A stretch of DNA of 64,000 nt from an uncultured delta proteobacterium. Lineage in GTDB: Bacteria; Myxococcota_A; Polyangia; Polyangiales; Polyangiaceae. The notes under the pieces were generated by a model, which was given only the letters and a program-made list of their open reading frames with translations, was not told the origin of the DNA and searched no databases. Where the stretch lies: positions 192,001 to 256,000 of the forward strand of contig CAWKKR010000007.1 in NCBI GenBank assembly GCA_963850305.1, read 5' to 3'. A program made the translations under genes and the position numbers. Every line of letters begins with the position of its first letter. Position 1 is the stretch's first letter. Shown in pieces: positions 23,466 through 31,924 of this stretch.

Positions 23466-24413
23466 ATGAGGACGAGCGGCAATCCCACGCTGTGGGCGAT
23501 CTTCGCGGCGCTCGTCGTTGGCATGCTGGCCGCGGACCTCGGGGTCTTTCGTCGTTCGACGTCCGAGATGTCCTTCCGCGAGGCGCTCGTCCGCAGCGTG
23601 GGATGGATCCTGCTCGCGGCGCTGTTCAACGCGGGGATCTACGTCACGGTCGGCTCGCAGGAGGGGTTCGAATTCACGGCTGGTTATCTTCTCGAAGAGG
23701 CCCTGTCCGTCGACAACCTCTTCGTCTTCGTGCTGATTTTTTCCGCCTTCCGTGTACCGACCGCATACCAGCATCGGGTTCTGTTCTGGGGAATCGTGGG
23801 CGCCGTCGTCTTGCGCGGGCTCTTCATCGGTGTCGGGACGGCGCTCGTCCAGCGCTTCAACTGGGTGATGATCGTCTTCGGGGTTCTGCTGCTCTACACC
23901 GCGTGGAAGCTCTTCCGCGGCGAAGGTGATGGCGAGGCGCCGGTGGACCAGAATCCGGTCTTCCGGCTCTTCAAGCGCGCCGTCCCTGCGGTCTCCGAAC
24001 TCCGCGGCAACCGGTTCGTCGTCTCCGAAGGCGGCAAGTGGCTCGCGACGCCCCTTCTCGCGGTCCTCGTCCTGGTCGAGACCTCGGACGTGCTCTTTGC
24101 GCTCGACTCGATCCCGGCGGTCTTCGGTGTGACGAAAGATCCGTTCATCGTCTACACGTCGAACATCTTCGCCATCCTCGGGCTCCGCTCGCTGTACTTC
24201 TTGCTCGCGGCGGTCATGAACAAGTTTGCTTACCTGAAGACGGGGCTCGCCGTGATCCTCGCGTTCGTCGGCGGGAAGATGGTGGTGCACGACTGGGTGC
24301 ACGTGCCGACGGGGATTTCGTTGCTGGTGATCGCTCTGGTTCTCGGAGCGACGGTCGCCATTTCGGTGATCTGGCCACCGCGCCCGGACGGGGCCCGGCG
24401 ATCCGAGCCATGA
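23466..24413 (+). CDS. TerC/Alx family integral membrane protein
   Basis: Motifs GYLLEEALSVDNLFVF, DVLFALDSIPA and FAILGLRSLYF. Confidence 0.92.
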   Translation: MRTSGNPTLWAIFAALVVGMLAADLGVFRRSTSEMSFREALVRSVGWILLAALFNAGIYVTVGSQEGFEFTAGYLLEEALSVDNLFVFVLIFSAFRVPTAYQHRVLFWGIVGAVVLRGLFIGVGTALVQRFNWVMIVFGVLLLYTAWKLFRGEGDGEAPVDQNPVFRLFKRAVPAVSELRGNRFVVSEGGKWLATPLLAVLVLVETSDVLFALDSIPAVFGVTKDPFIVYTSNIFAILGLRSLYFLLAAVMNKFAYLKTGLAVILAFVGGKMVVHDWVHVPTGISLLVIALVLGATVAISVIWPPRPDGARRSEP

Positions 24414-24432
24414 GCGCCGCGGCTCGATCGGG

Positions 24433-25584
24433 TCAGCTGCCGCCGCGGATGAGACCGCGGGCAATCACGATCTGCTGGATCTGCGTCGTGCCCTCGTAAA
24501 GTCGGAACAATCTGACGTCGCGATAAAATCGCTCGATGCCGTAGTCGGCGATGTAACCCGCGCCGCCGTACACCTGCACCGCACGGTCTGCCACCTTGCC
24601 GACCATCTCCGAGGCGAACATCTTGCACGCTGCCGCATCGACGTTCACGTCCTCCGCCCGGTCGCGCTTCCGGGCCGTCTCGAGGACCAGGGATTTCGCG
24701 GCCAGCGCTTCCGTGTAGGAGTCCGCGAGCATGGCCTGGATCAACTGGAACTCAGAGATTGGTTTGCCGAACTGCTTGCGCTGGTTCGCATAGCGCACGG
24801 AGTCCGCGATGAGTCGCTCGGCGACGCCCACGCACACGGCGGAAATGTGGAGGCGCCCCCGATCGAGAACCTGCATCGCGGCCTTGAATCCCTGGCCCTC
24901 GACGCCCCCGAGCAGGGCGTTCGCTTGGACTCTGACGTCATTGAACACGACGTCGCTCGTGTAGGTCCCGTGCTGGCCCATCTTCTTGTCCGGTTTGCCG
25001 ATTTCGATCCCCGGAAGACCTCCGGGAACCAGGAACGCGCTGATGCCCTTCGCGCCGGGGGTATTCGGATCGGTGCGGGCGAAGACCGTGAAGACGCCGG
25101 CCTTCGGTGCGTTCGTGATGAACCGCTTCGTTCCGTTGATCACGTAGCCATCGCCGTCCCGGCGTGCCGTCGTGCGGACCGAGCCGGCATCCGATCCCGC
25201 CTCGGGCTCGGTCAGCGCGAAAGAACCTATGATCTCTCCCGTTGCGAGGCCCGGCAGGTAGCGCTTCTTCTGCTCGTCGGTTCCGAACATGATGATCGCT
25301 TGCGAGCCGATCCCGTTGTTCGTGCCGAGCACCGAACGGAAGACGGGCGACGTTCTTCCGAGCTCGAACGCGACGTAGACCTCTTCTTCCATCGTGAGGC
25401 CGAGGCCCCCATTTTCTTCGGGGATGGACATGCCGAAGAGCCCCATCGCCTTCATCTCTTCGATGACGTCGTCCGGAACCTTGTCGTTCTCGGCCACCTC
25501 GCCTTCGATGGGCACGAGGCGCTGCTTCACGAACCGCGCGACCGCAGCGACGAGCTCGCCCAGGCTCTCTTTCGACAGGGACAT
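24433..25584 (-). CDS. Acyl-CoA dehydrogenase
   Basis: Motifs FALTEPEAGSD, GTKRFITN and LYEGTTQIQ. Confidence 0.93.
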   Translation of the reverse strand: MSLSKESLGELVAAVARFVKQRLVPIEGEVAENDKVPDDVIEEMKAMGLFGMSIPEENGGLGLTMEEEVYVAFELGRTSPVFRSVLGTNNGIGSQAIIMFGTDEQKKRYLPGLATGEIIGSFALTEPEAGSDAGSVRTTARRDGDGYVINGTKRFITNAPKAGVFTVFARTDPNTPGAKGISAFLVPGGLPGIEIGKPDKKMGQHGTYTSDVVFNDVRVQANALLGGVEGQGFKAAMQVLDRGRLHISAVCVGVAERLIADSVRYANQRKQFGKPISEFQLIQAMLADSYTEALAAKSLVLETARKRDRAEDVNVDAAACKMFASEMVGKVADRAVQVYGGAGYIADYGIERFYRDVRLFRLYEGTTQIQQIVIARGLIRGGS

Positions 25585-25712
25585 TCTTGCCGTCATAAAC
25601 GGCAAGCGGATCGGCTTGCAAGTCGCCTTTTTGGGCCCGCCGCCGTTGCGTCGCGGCATGCCGGGAACTATGCCCGGCCGAGACTGAAGCGACGCGAGGC
25701 GACAATCAGCTC

Positions 25713-26744
25713 ATGCAAGCCATTTGGATTGAGAGGTACGGCGGGCCCGAGGTTCTCGCGGTTCGCAACAGCGCAGATCCCGAGCCCGGGCCCGGTGAAG
25801 TGCGCGTCCGGGTCCGCGCCTGCGGGCTCAACTTCGCGGAGGTGATGGCTCGAAAGGGGCTCTACCCCGACGCTCCCAAGCCGCCGTGTGTCGTCGGTTA
25901 CGAGGGTGCGGGCGTCGTGGACGCGGTCGGCGCCGGCGTCACGCAGTGGAGCAACGGTGCCCGGGTGATCTTCCTGTCGCGGTTCGGCGGTCACGCCGAC
26001 ACCGTGTGCGTCAAAGCCGAGCAGCTGTTTCGGATGCCCGAGGGGATGACCTTCGAGGAGGGTGCGGCTCTCCCCGTGAACTACCTCACGGCGTACCACA
26101 TGCTGTTCGAGCTCCGGCGTATCCGGGCGGGCGATCGGATCCTCGTTCACATGGCGGCCGGGGGAGTCGGCACGGCTGTGCTCCAGCTGTGTCGCACGGT
26201 TCCCGGTGTCCTGACGATCGGCACGGCCTCCGCCGCGAAGCACGCCTACGCGCGGAGCCAGGGCGCCGATCACCTGGTGGACTACCGTTCCACCGACTAC
26301 GTCGAGGCCGTCAAGACGCTCACCGGTGGCAAGGGAGTCGATCTCGTTCTCGATGCGCTCGGTGGCGCGGACTGGCGAAAAGGGTATTCGCTGCTGTCAC
26401 CGGGGGGCCTGCTGATCGCCTGCGGGCTCGCGAACGCGGCGGTGGCGGGGAAGCGAAGCTGGGTTCGCGCGGCCGGGCAGATCCTCCGGCAGCCGCTGTT
26501 CAACTGTATCCGGCTGATGGACGACAATCGGGGCGTCGCCGGCGTGAACATGGGCCACCTGTGGGATCAGGTCGCGCTCCTCAGCCGGGAAGGCGAGGCG
26601 GTGCTCGAGCATTATCGAGAGGGGCGCATCAAGCCGCACGTCAGCGCCGTCTTTCCATTTTCGCGAGCCGCCGACGCCCATCGGGAGCTCGAGCACGGGC
26701 GCAGCGTCGGCAAGATCGTGCTCGTCCCTGATGCACCCTCCTGA
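25713..26744 (+). CDS. Medium-chain dehydrogenase/reductase (VAT-1/quinone oxidoreductase-like)
   Basis: Motifs GLNFAE, PVNYLTAY, HMAAGGVG and GKIVL. Confidence 0.9.
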   Translation: MQAIWIERYGGPEVLAVRNSADPEPGPGEVRVRVRACGLNFAEVMARKGLYPDAPKPPCVVGYEGAGVVDAVGAGVTQWSNGARVIFLSRFGGHADTVCVKAEQLFRMPEGMTFEEGAALPVNYLTAYHMLFELRRIRAGDRILVHMAAGGVGTAVLQLCRTVPGVLTIGTASAAKHAYARSQGADHLVDYRSTDYVEAVKTLTGGKGVDLVLDALGGADWRKGYSLLSPGGLLIACGLANAAVAGKRSWVRAAGQILRQPLFNCIRLMDDNRGVAGVNMGHLWDQVALLSREGEAVLEHYREGRIKPHVSAVFPFSRAADAHRELEHGRSVGKIVLVPDAPS

Positions 26745-26768
26745 TACGACTCTCGGCTGGAGAGAATC

Positions 26769-27659
26769 ATGACTTCCGCCATTTTCGATGCCTCGCGGTG
26801 GCATTCCGTCGATGGCGTCGCGTTCACGGACATCACGTATCATCGGGCGAACGACCAGGGGACGGTGCGCATCGCGTTCAATCGTCCGGAAGTGCGCAAC
26901 GCCTTTCGCCCCCACACGGTGGACGAGCTGTATCGCGCGCTCGACCACGCGCGAATGTGGAGCGACGTCGGGTGCGTGCTTTTGACCGGAAACGGCCCGT
27001 CACCCAAGGACGGCGGCTGGGCGTTCTGCTCGGGCGGCGACCAGCGCATTCGTGGGAAGGACGGTTACCAGTACGAAGGAGAAGCGGGCGTCGATCCCAC
27101 GCGCCTCGGGCGCCTTCACATCCTGGAAGTGCAACGCTTGATCCGCTTCATGCCGAAGATCGTGATTGCGGTGGTGCCGGGCTGGGCCGTTGGTGGCGGC
27201 CACAGCCTGCACGTCGTCTGCGATCTGACTCTCGCGAGCCGCGAGCACGCCATTTTCAAACAGACGGATCCCGACGTCGCAAGTTTCGACAGCGGCTACG
27301 GCTCCGCGCTCCTCGCCCGTCAGATTGGGCAGAAGAAGGCTCGCGAGATCTTCTTCCTGGGCAAGAACTATTCGGCGGAAGAGGCTGCCGCGATGGGCAT
27401 GGTCAACGCGGCAGTGCCGCACGCCGAGCTCGAGACCGTAGCGCTCGACTGGGCGCTCGCGATCAACTCCAAGAGCCCTACCGCGATGCGCATGCTCAAG
27501 TTCGGCTTCAACCTGGCCGACGATGGGCTCGTCGGGCAGCAGATCTTCGCAGGCGAAGCCACGCGCCTCGCCTATGGGACCGAGGAGGCGCAAGAAGGCC
27601 GCGACGCGTTTCTCGAGAAGCGGCCGCAGGACTACTCGAAATTCCCGTGGCACTATTAG
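26769..27659 (+). CDS. menB: 1,4-dihydroxy-2-naphthoyl-CoA synthase
   Basis: Motifs RPEVRNAFRP, AFCSGGDQ, GGGHSLHVVCDL, SFDSGYGS and EGRDAFLEKR. Confidence 0.95.
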   Translation: MTSAIFDASRWHSVDGVAFTDITYHRANDQGTVRIAFNRPEVRNAFRPHTVDELYRALDHARMWSDVGCVLLTGNGPSPKDGGWAFCSGGDQRIRGKDGYQYEGEAGVDPTRLGRLHILEVQRLIRFMPKIVIAVVPGWAVGGGHSLHVVCDLTLASREHAIFKQTDPDVASFDSGYGSALLARQIGQKKAREIFFLGKNYSAEEAAAMGMVNAAVPHAELETVALDWALAINSKSPTAMRMLKFGFNLADDGLVGQQIFAGEATRLAYGTEEAQEGRDAFLEKRPQDYSKFPWHY

Positions 27660-27668
27660 AGACGTTAT

Positions 27669-27910
27669 ACGGCGTGGGGTTTTGTTCCTGGGGGGTGTCC
27701 CACCCCCCGCGGCTTGCTTCGCAACCGCGCCCCCCGGTACTCGCTGCGCTCGGCGCCGTGGAACGGCTGGAGCAAGCGGGGGCAGAGACGGGAGTGACGG
27801 CGTGGGGTTTTGTTCCTGGGGGGTGTCCCACCCCCCGCGGCTTGCTTCGCAACCGCGCCCCCCGGTACTCGCTGCGCTCGGCGCCGTGGAACGGCTGGAG
27901 CAAGCGGGGG
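27669..27910. repeat. Two near-identical 114-bp direct repeats (27669-27782 and 27797-27910) with internal hairpins, REP/MITE-like
   Basis: Both copies run acggcgtggggttttgttcctgggggg...ggagcaagcggggg, separated by a 14-bp spacer. Stems are ggggggtg/cacccccc and gcggcttgc/gcaaccgc. Confidence 0.9.
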
Positions 27911-27991
27911 GTTGGTTCACGGGACCCCGGCCGTCGAGCGACGGATTCTGGTCCGCCGCTCGACGGCTTGGTTCTTCTCGTGCTGCTCTCA

Positions 27992-28882
27992 TCAGTGCGC
28001 AGCGGGTTCGCGCGTCGCGGAGGGGGAGGGGACGGGGTTCACGACGGGCGGGACGGGGGCGGGCTCGGGCGCGGGCTCCGGGGACGGCGCCGCGGGCTTC
28101 GGGTGGCGACCACGGCCGGCGTAGAGCGAGGGCGTGATGGTGTCCGAGGCTCCTTGCTGCCACTCGATGAAGGCCACGCCGTGCCGCACTCGCTCGTAAG
28201 CGTTCACCATGAGGGTGAATGCTTGCTGGCGGATGAGCGCCGTGGCGGCGACCGCTTCCGGACTGTGCTCCTTCTGTCCGACGGCCGCGACGAGCTGTTC
28301 GGCCAGTTCTTTTGCTTTCTGGAGATCCGCTTCGACGAGCGCCGTTCTGGACTGGATCTGCTGCCAGTATTCACCGAGCAGGTTCGCCCAGGCCATGAGC
28401 TCGAAGGCCACGTTGCGGTAGCCGACGCGGCCGGTGAAGGACGCAAACCGCGCCGGATTGACGAGTCCGTGCTTCGCGAGGGTCATCGCGTCCGTGCGTA
28501 GTGTGTCGCGCAGCGCGACCGCCTGCTCGTTCAAGGCTACGAGCTCGGCAGGCGGCGCGATCGTGATGAAGTACAGCGAGTCCGCTTCCCACGCCGCCAT
28601 CGCGTAGTCCGGCAACGCGTCGACGTCTTCGAGGTCGAAGTCCGGTAGCTTCGCGAGCTTGCTGCGGAGCGCGTTCACCGCCGCCAAGACGCCGAGGATC
28701 GTCGTCACCGCCCCGGCGATGTCGATGTTCACCGGTAGCAGTGCGCTCTCCGGCACGGCCTGGATGTCGGCGAGGCGCCGCTCATAGGCCGCGTGGAACG
28801 AGGACTTGTCGCGGAATGCGCCCGGGGCCTGCGCCTTGCGGTTGCTGGACTTCGGGTTCTTGTGATGAAGGTGCGTTGTCAT
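27992..28882 (-). CDS. Hypothetical alpha-helical protein with Pro-rich tail
   Basis: 296-aa ORF with GC3-biased codons and a good SD (AGGAG) before ATG 28882. No catalytic motif recognised. Confidence 0.8.
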   Translation of the reverse strand: MTTHLHHKNPKSSNRKAQAPGAFRDKSSFHAAYERRLADIQAVPESALLPVNIDIAGAVTTILGVLAAVNALRSKLAKLPDFDLEDVDALPDYAMAAWEADSLYFITIAPPAELVALNEQAVALRDTLRTDAMTLAKHGLVNPARFASFTGRVGYRNVAFELMAWANLLGEYWQQIQSRTALVEADLQKAKELAEQLVAAVGQKEHSPEAVAATALIRQQAFTLMVNAYERVRHGVAFIEWQQGASDTITPSLYAGRGRHPKPAAPSPEPAPEPAPVPPVVNPVPSPSATREPAAH

Positions 28883-29022
28883 GGTCGTGTCTCCTGGTTG
28901 ATCCACGGAGCCGCTTGCTCCGTGCTTCCGATGATGAGACGCAGGCCCCGACTCTTTCCCTACGGAAGAAAATTTTTATTTTCGTTCACCCGACGCGACT
29001 CCGTGAACCGGCCGTCCGTCCA

Positions 29023-29410
29023 GTAAATGAGGTCAGCTGCTCCGGATCGTTCGCCGTGAATGAAATGGAGCAGGTGAGCTGCCGCGGGTCGTTCTTCATG
29101 AATGAAATGGAGCAGGTGAGCTGCCGCGGATCGTTCGCCGTGAATGAAATGGAGCAGGTGAGCTGCCCCGGAGGGTTCGTCGTGAACGAAATGGAGCAGG
29201 TGAGCTGCCGCGGGTCGTTCTTCATGAATGAAATGGAGCAGGTGAGCTGCCGCGGGTCGTTCGCCGTGAATGAAATGGAGCAGGTGAGCTGCCCCGGAGG
29301 GTTCGTCGTGAACGAAATGGAGCAGGTGAGCTGCCCCGGAGGGTTCGTCGTGAACGAAATGGAGCAAGTGACCTGTCTCGGAACGTTCACGGTGAACGAA
29401 ATCGACCCGA
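29023..29410. repeat. 42-bp tandem repeat array, 8 full units plus degenerate flanks
   Basis: The unit RTGAAYGAAATGGAGCAGGTGAGCTGCC-var starts at 29056, 29098, 29140, 29182, 29224, 29266, 29308 and 29350. Confidence 0.95.
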
Positions 29411-29420
29411 TCGCCTTACC

Positions 29421-29446
29421 CGTGGGGGTCCCGACGGACTCCCACG
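29421..29446. terminator. GC-rich hairpin downstream of the minus-strand lipoprotein operon
   Basis: cgtgggggtcc-cgac-ggactcccacg forms an 11-bp stem with one imperfect pair. No clear U-tract. Confidence 0.4.
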
Positions 29447-29470
29447 CAGGAGTCCCGCATGCCGAGGACG

Positions 29471-29995
29471 TCAGAACGCGAGCACGACGCGTTCCGTATC
29501 ACTCGGTCCGCAATCCGTCGCGAGCGGGGCGTGCACGTAGAGCGTGGCGTCGAGGGTGCCGTGAGGCGTCGTGTTCGGTCCGGCGGACGTCAAATTCAGG
29601 GTCATGCTGCCCGTCGGGACGCTGAGCGTGCCGGCAGCGTACGTACAGTTCGAGTCCCCGGCGACGGTCGCGATCGCGCTCCAGTCCGACAAGCCTTCCG
29701 AAGAGTAGTCGCCCGCCGATGGGTCGTCGCCGAGCGGCACGGCGATCGTCAGCTGCGCGAGATCCGGCGTGCTCGCGCTCAGGGTCAGCACGTAGGCCGC
29801 TCCGGCGTCGGCGGGCGGTGCCAGTTTCGCGCAGTCAGCGGGCAACTGCGCCGTCTCGGAGGTGTCTCCAGCGATTTCGACGGCGCAATCTTGCGCGCTC
29901 GAGGAACCGGAACACCCTGCCGCCGCCGCTGGCAAGAGCGCGGCAAGGATCGATGTGCCCAGCACCCGGAAGAATCGTTTCAGCGAGGACCTCAT
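29471..29995 (-). CDS. Small beta-rich lipoprotein of unknown function
   Basis: Signal peptide with lipobox AAGC. ATGA overlap with the upstream gene. Confidence 0.75.
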   Translation of the reverse strand: MRSSLKRFFRVLGTSILAALLPAAAAGCSGSSSAQDCAVEIAGDTSETAQLPADCAKLAPPADAGAAYVLTLSASTPDLAQLTIAVPLGDDPSAGDYSSEGLSDWSAIATVAGDSNCTYAAGTLSVPTGSMTLNLTSAGPNTTPHGTLDATLYVHAPLATDCGPSDTERVVLAF

Positions 29996-31924
29996 AGCGA
30001 TTTCAGGTACTCGACGAGCGCGTCGAGCTCGGTGGGTGCCGTCGGAGCGTTGGGCATCTCGAGCACCGCGTCGCGCAGCGTCTCGGCGCTGCCGTCGTGA
30101 AGGTACGGCGGCGTCGAGGCGACGCCGTTCAGAGACGGGGTATCGAAATCGCAGGCGGCGCGCGGGTTACCATCCACGTCTTGATGTGCGACATCCGGGA
30201 ACGACCCGGACGTCACGCACGTTCCGATGTCGTGAAGCAGGATCACGCCGCCGAGGTCGAGAGTCGGATTGCCTCCGCCGGAATCCGTGAACCGTTCGCC
30301 GCTGTGACAGCTCGGGCATCCCGAGCTCTGGAACAGAGCCTGGCCCTGCGAGACGAGAGTCGCGTTCGTGGTCGGCGGGATGGGCAGCGGGAGGCCAAAG
30401 TTCACGTAATCGGCGAGTGCGGAGAGGAGCGTCGCCTGGTCCGTCGCGTCGAATCTTCCGCCCTGTTCCACGTTGATGGTGTGAAAGTAGTCCTCGACCT
30501 TGGTTCGGTCGGCGGTGCGGAACAGAAAACCCGTTCCGAGCATGCCACCGGCGTTGGTCGGGGTATCGCGCGGCCCCTGCGAAAACTTCCACGTCACTGC
30601 GTCACTGCGTCCCTCCATGTGGCAGGTGGCGCACGAGATCCAGTGATCGGTCGTGATGGGGAACTCGGTGCTGTTCGCCGAATTGAAGAGCCGGTCGCCG
30701 AGGCGGAGAGTCTCGGGCATCGGGTCCGAGGTCCATAGCGGGATGGTCGCGCCGTCGACCGACGCGGAGAGCTTGTTGCCGGTGCGCGCGAGACGAAGCA
30801 CGGCGACATCGCCGGACTGCCGTTCATCGACGTAGGCGAACTGGTCGTCCGCGGACACGACGATGCCGTCGGGCATGAAGCCGGGCAGGGGACGCACGAG
30901 CCCCGACTCCACTTTCGTGTTCGCATCGACGATCAGGATGTCTTCGCTGTTTGCGGCGACCATGAGCGCAAAGTCGCCGTCGTGGGTGAACGCCACGGCG
31001 TGCGGTCCGGACACGACGTCCGCAAACGCGCCGTCAACGCCCGCGACGTCGGAGGCGTCCGTCGTGAGAGTCTGTTCGTACTTCCCGTCGTCGTGGAGCA
31101 CTGAGAGCGCCGGAAACGCGGTCGATTCGAAGTCGAGCGCGGGCTGCGCGGTATCGGTCGCCAGGAGTGCATGCGCCACCCAGACCTCGCCGGTCGAGGG
31201 TCGAGCTGCGACGTCGTAGAGGCCGCGAACTTGCCCGTGCGAAAGGAGGCGGTTGCCTCGTGGCGCCATGTCCGGCACCGCCCATGTGTCGAGGACCGAC
31301 ATTGCCCGAGGGTCCAGCGCCGTGACGCCCGGCCCCATGAATTGCGTGACGAGGAGCGTCGTTCCGTCGTTCGACCACCCGAGAGCCCAGGGTTCCGCCG
31401 CGACGGTGGCCGTCGCCTCGACCTTTCCGGTCGTCGCGTCGACTCGAACCACAGTCGAGTCTTGCGAGCACGCGACGTAAATCGACGCACCGTCGGGCGA
31501 CGACACCACCCGACAGGTTCGCTCCCCACGTGTACGGTGCGAGTCACCTGCTTCGTTGCCGCGTCGATGAAGTAGAGCGCACTCGAGCGCTCGCCCGTCA
31601 CATACAGCGTCGAGCCGTCTTTCGAGATCGCGACGGAGCGTGGCATCACGGCCGGAGCGAACGCGCCCGTCGGATCTGGCGCGGGTACCGCGTCGGCCAG
31701 GAGGATCTTGCGCTCAAGGTGCGACCCGCCACGTCCAGCACCGACACCGAATCGGCCTCGGGGTTGACGACGTAGAGCGTCGTTCCGTCCGGAGCGAGCA
31801 CCATCGACGACGAATGCGTTCCTCCCGAACCGCCGGGTGCCACGCCGCCACCGGCGTTCGAGCCACACGAGATGGCCAGCGCGAGCGACGAGGCGCAGGC
31901 GGCGGAGCGAATCCAGGAGGTCAT
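29992..31924 (-). CDS. YncE-like beta-propeller plus di-heme cytochrome c (peroxidase-like) lipoprotein, about 644 aa, with two apparent frameshifts
   Basis: Lipobox AISC, YVTN-like repeats (LYVVNPEADSVSV, LYVTG, IYVAC), CATCH, CPSCH and TPSL...PYLHDG. Single-base deletions near 31720 and 31512 join the three ORF pieces. Confidence 0.8.

Noticed and set aside
29023..29410. 42-bp array as a CRISPR array
   Set aside because: There are no unique spacers: the variable parts are short and recur. No cas genes are in the window.
28741..29625. 294-aa + strand ORF spanning the tandem array as a conventional gene
   Set aside because: It overlaps real minus-strand genes at both ends and lacks a credible start. 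Only the repeat part might be coding, and that is kept as a finding.
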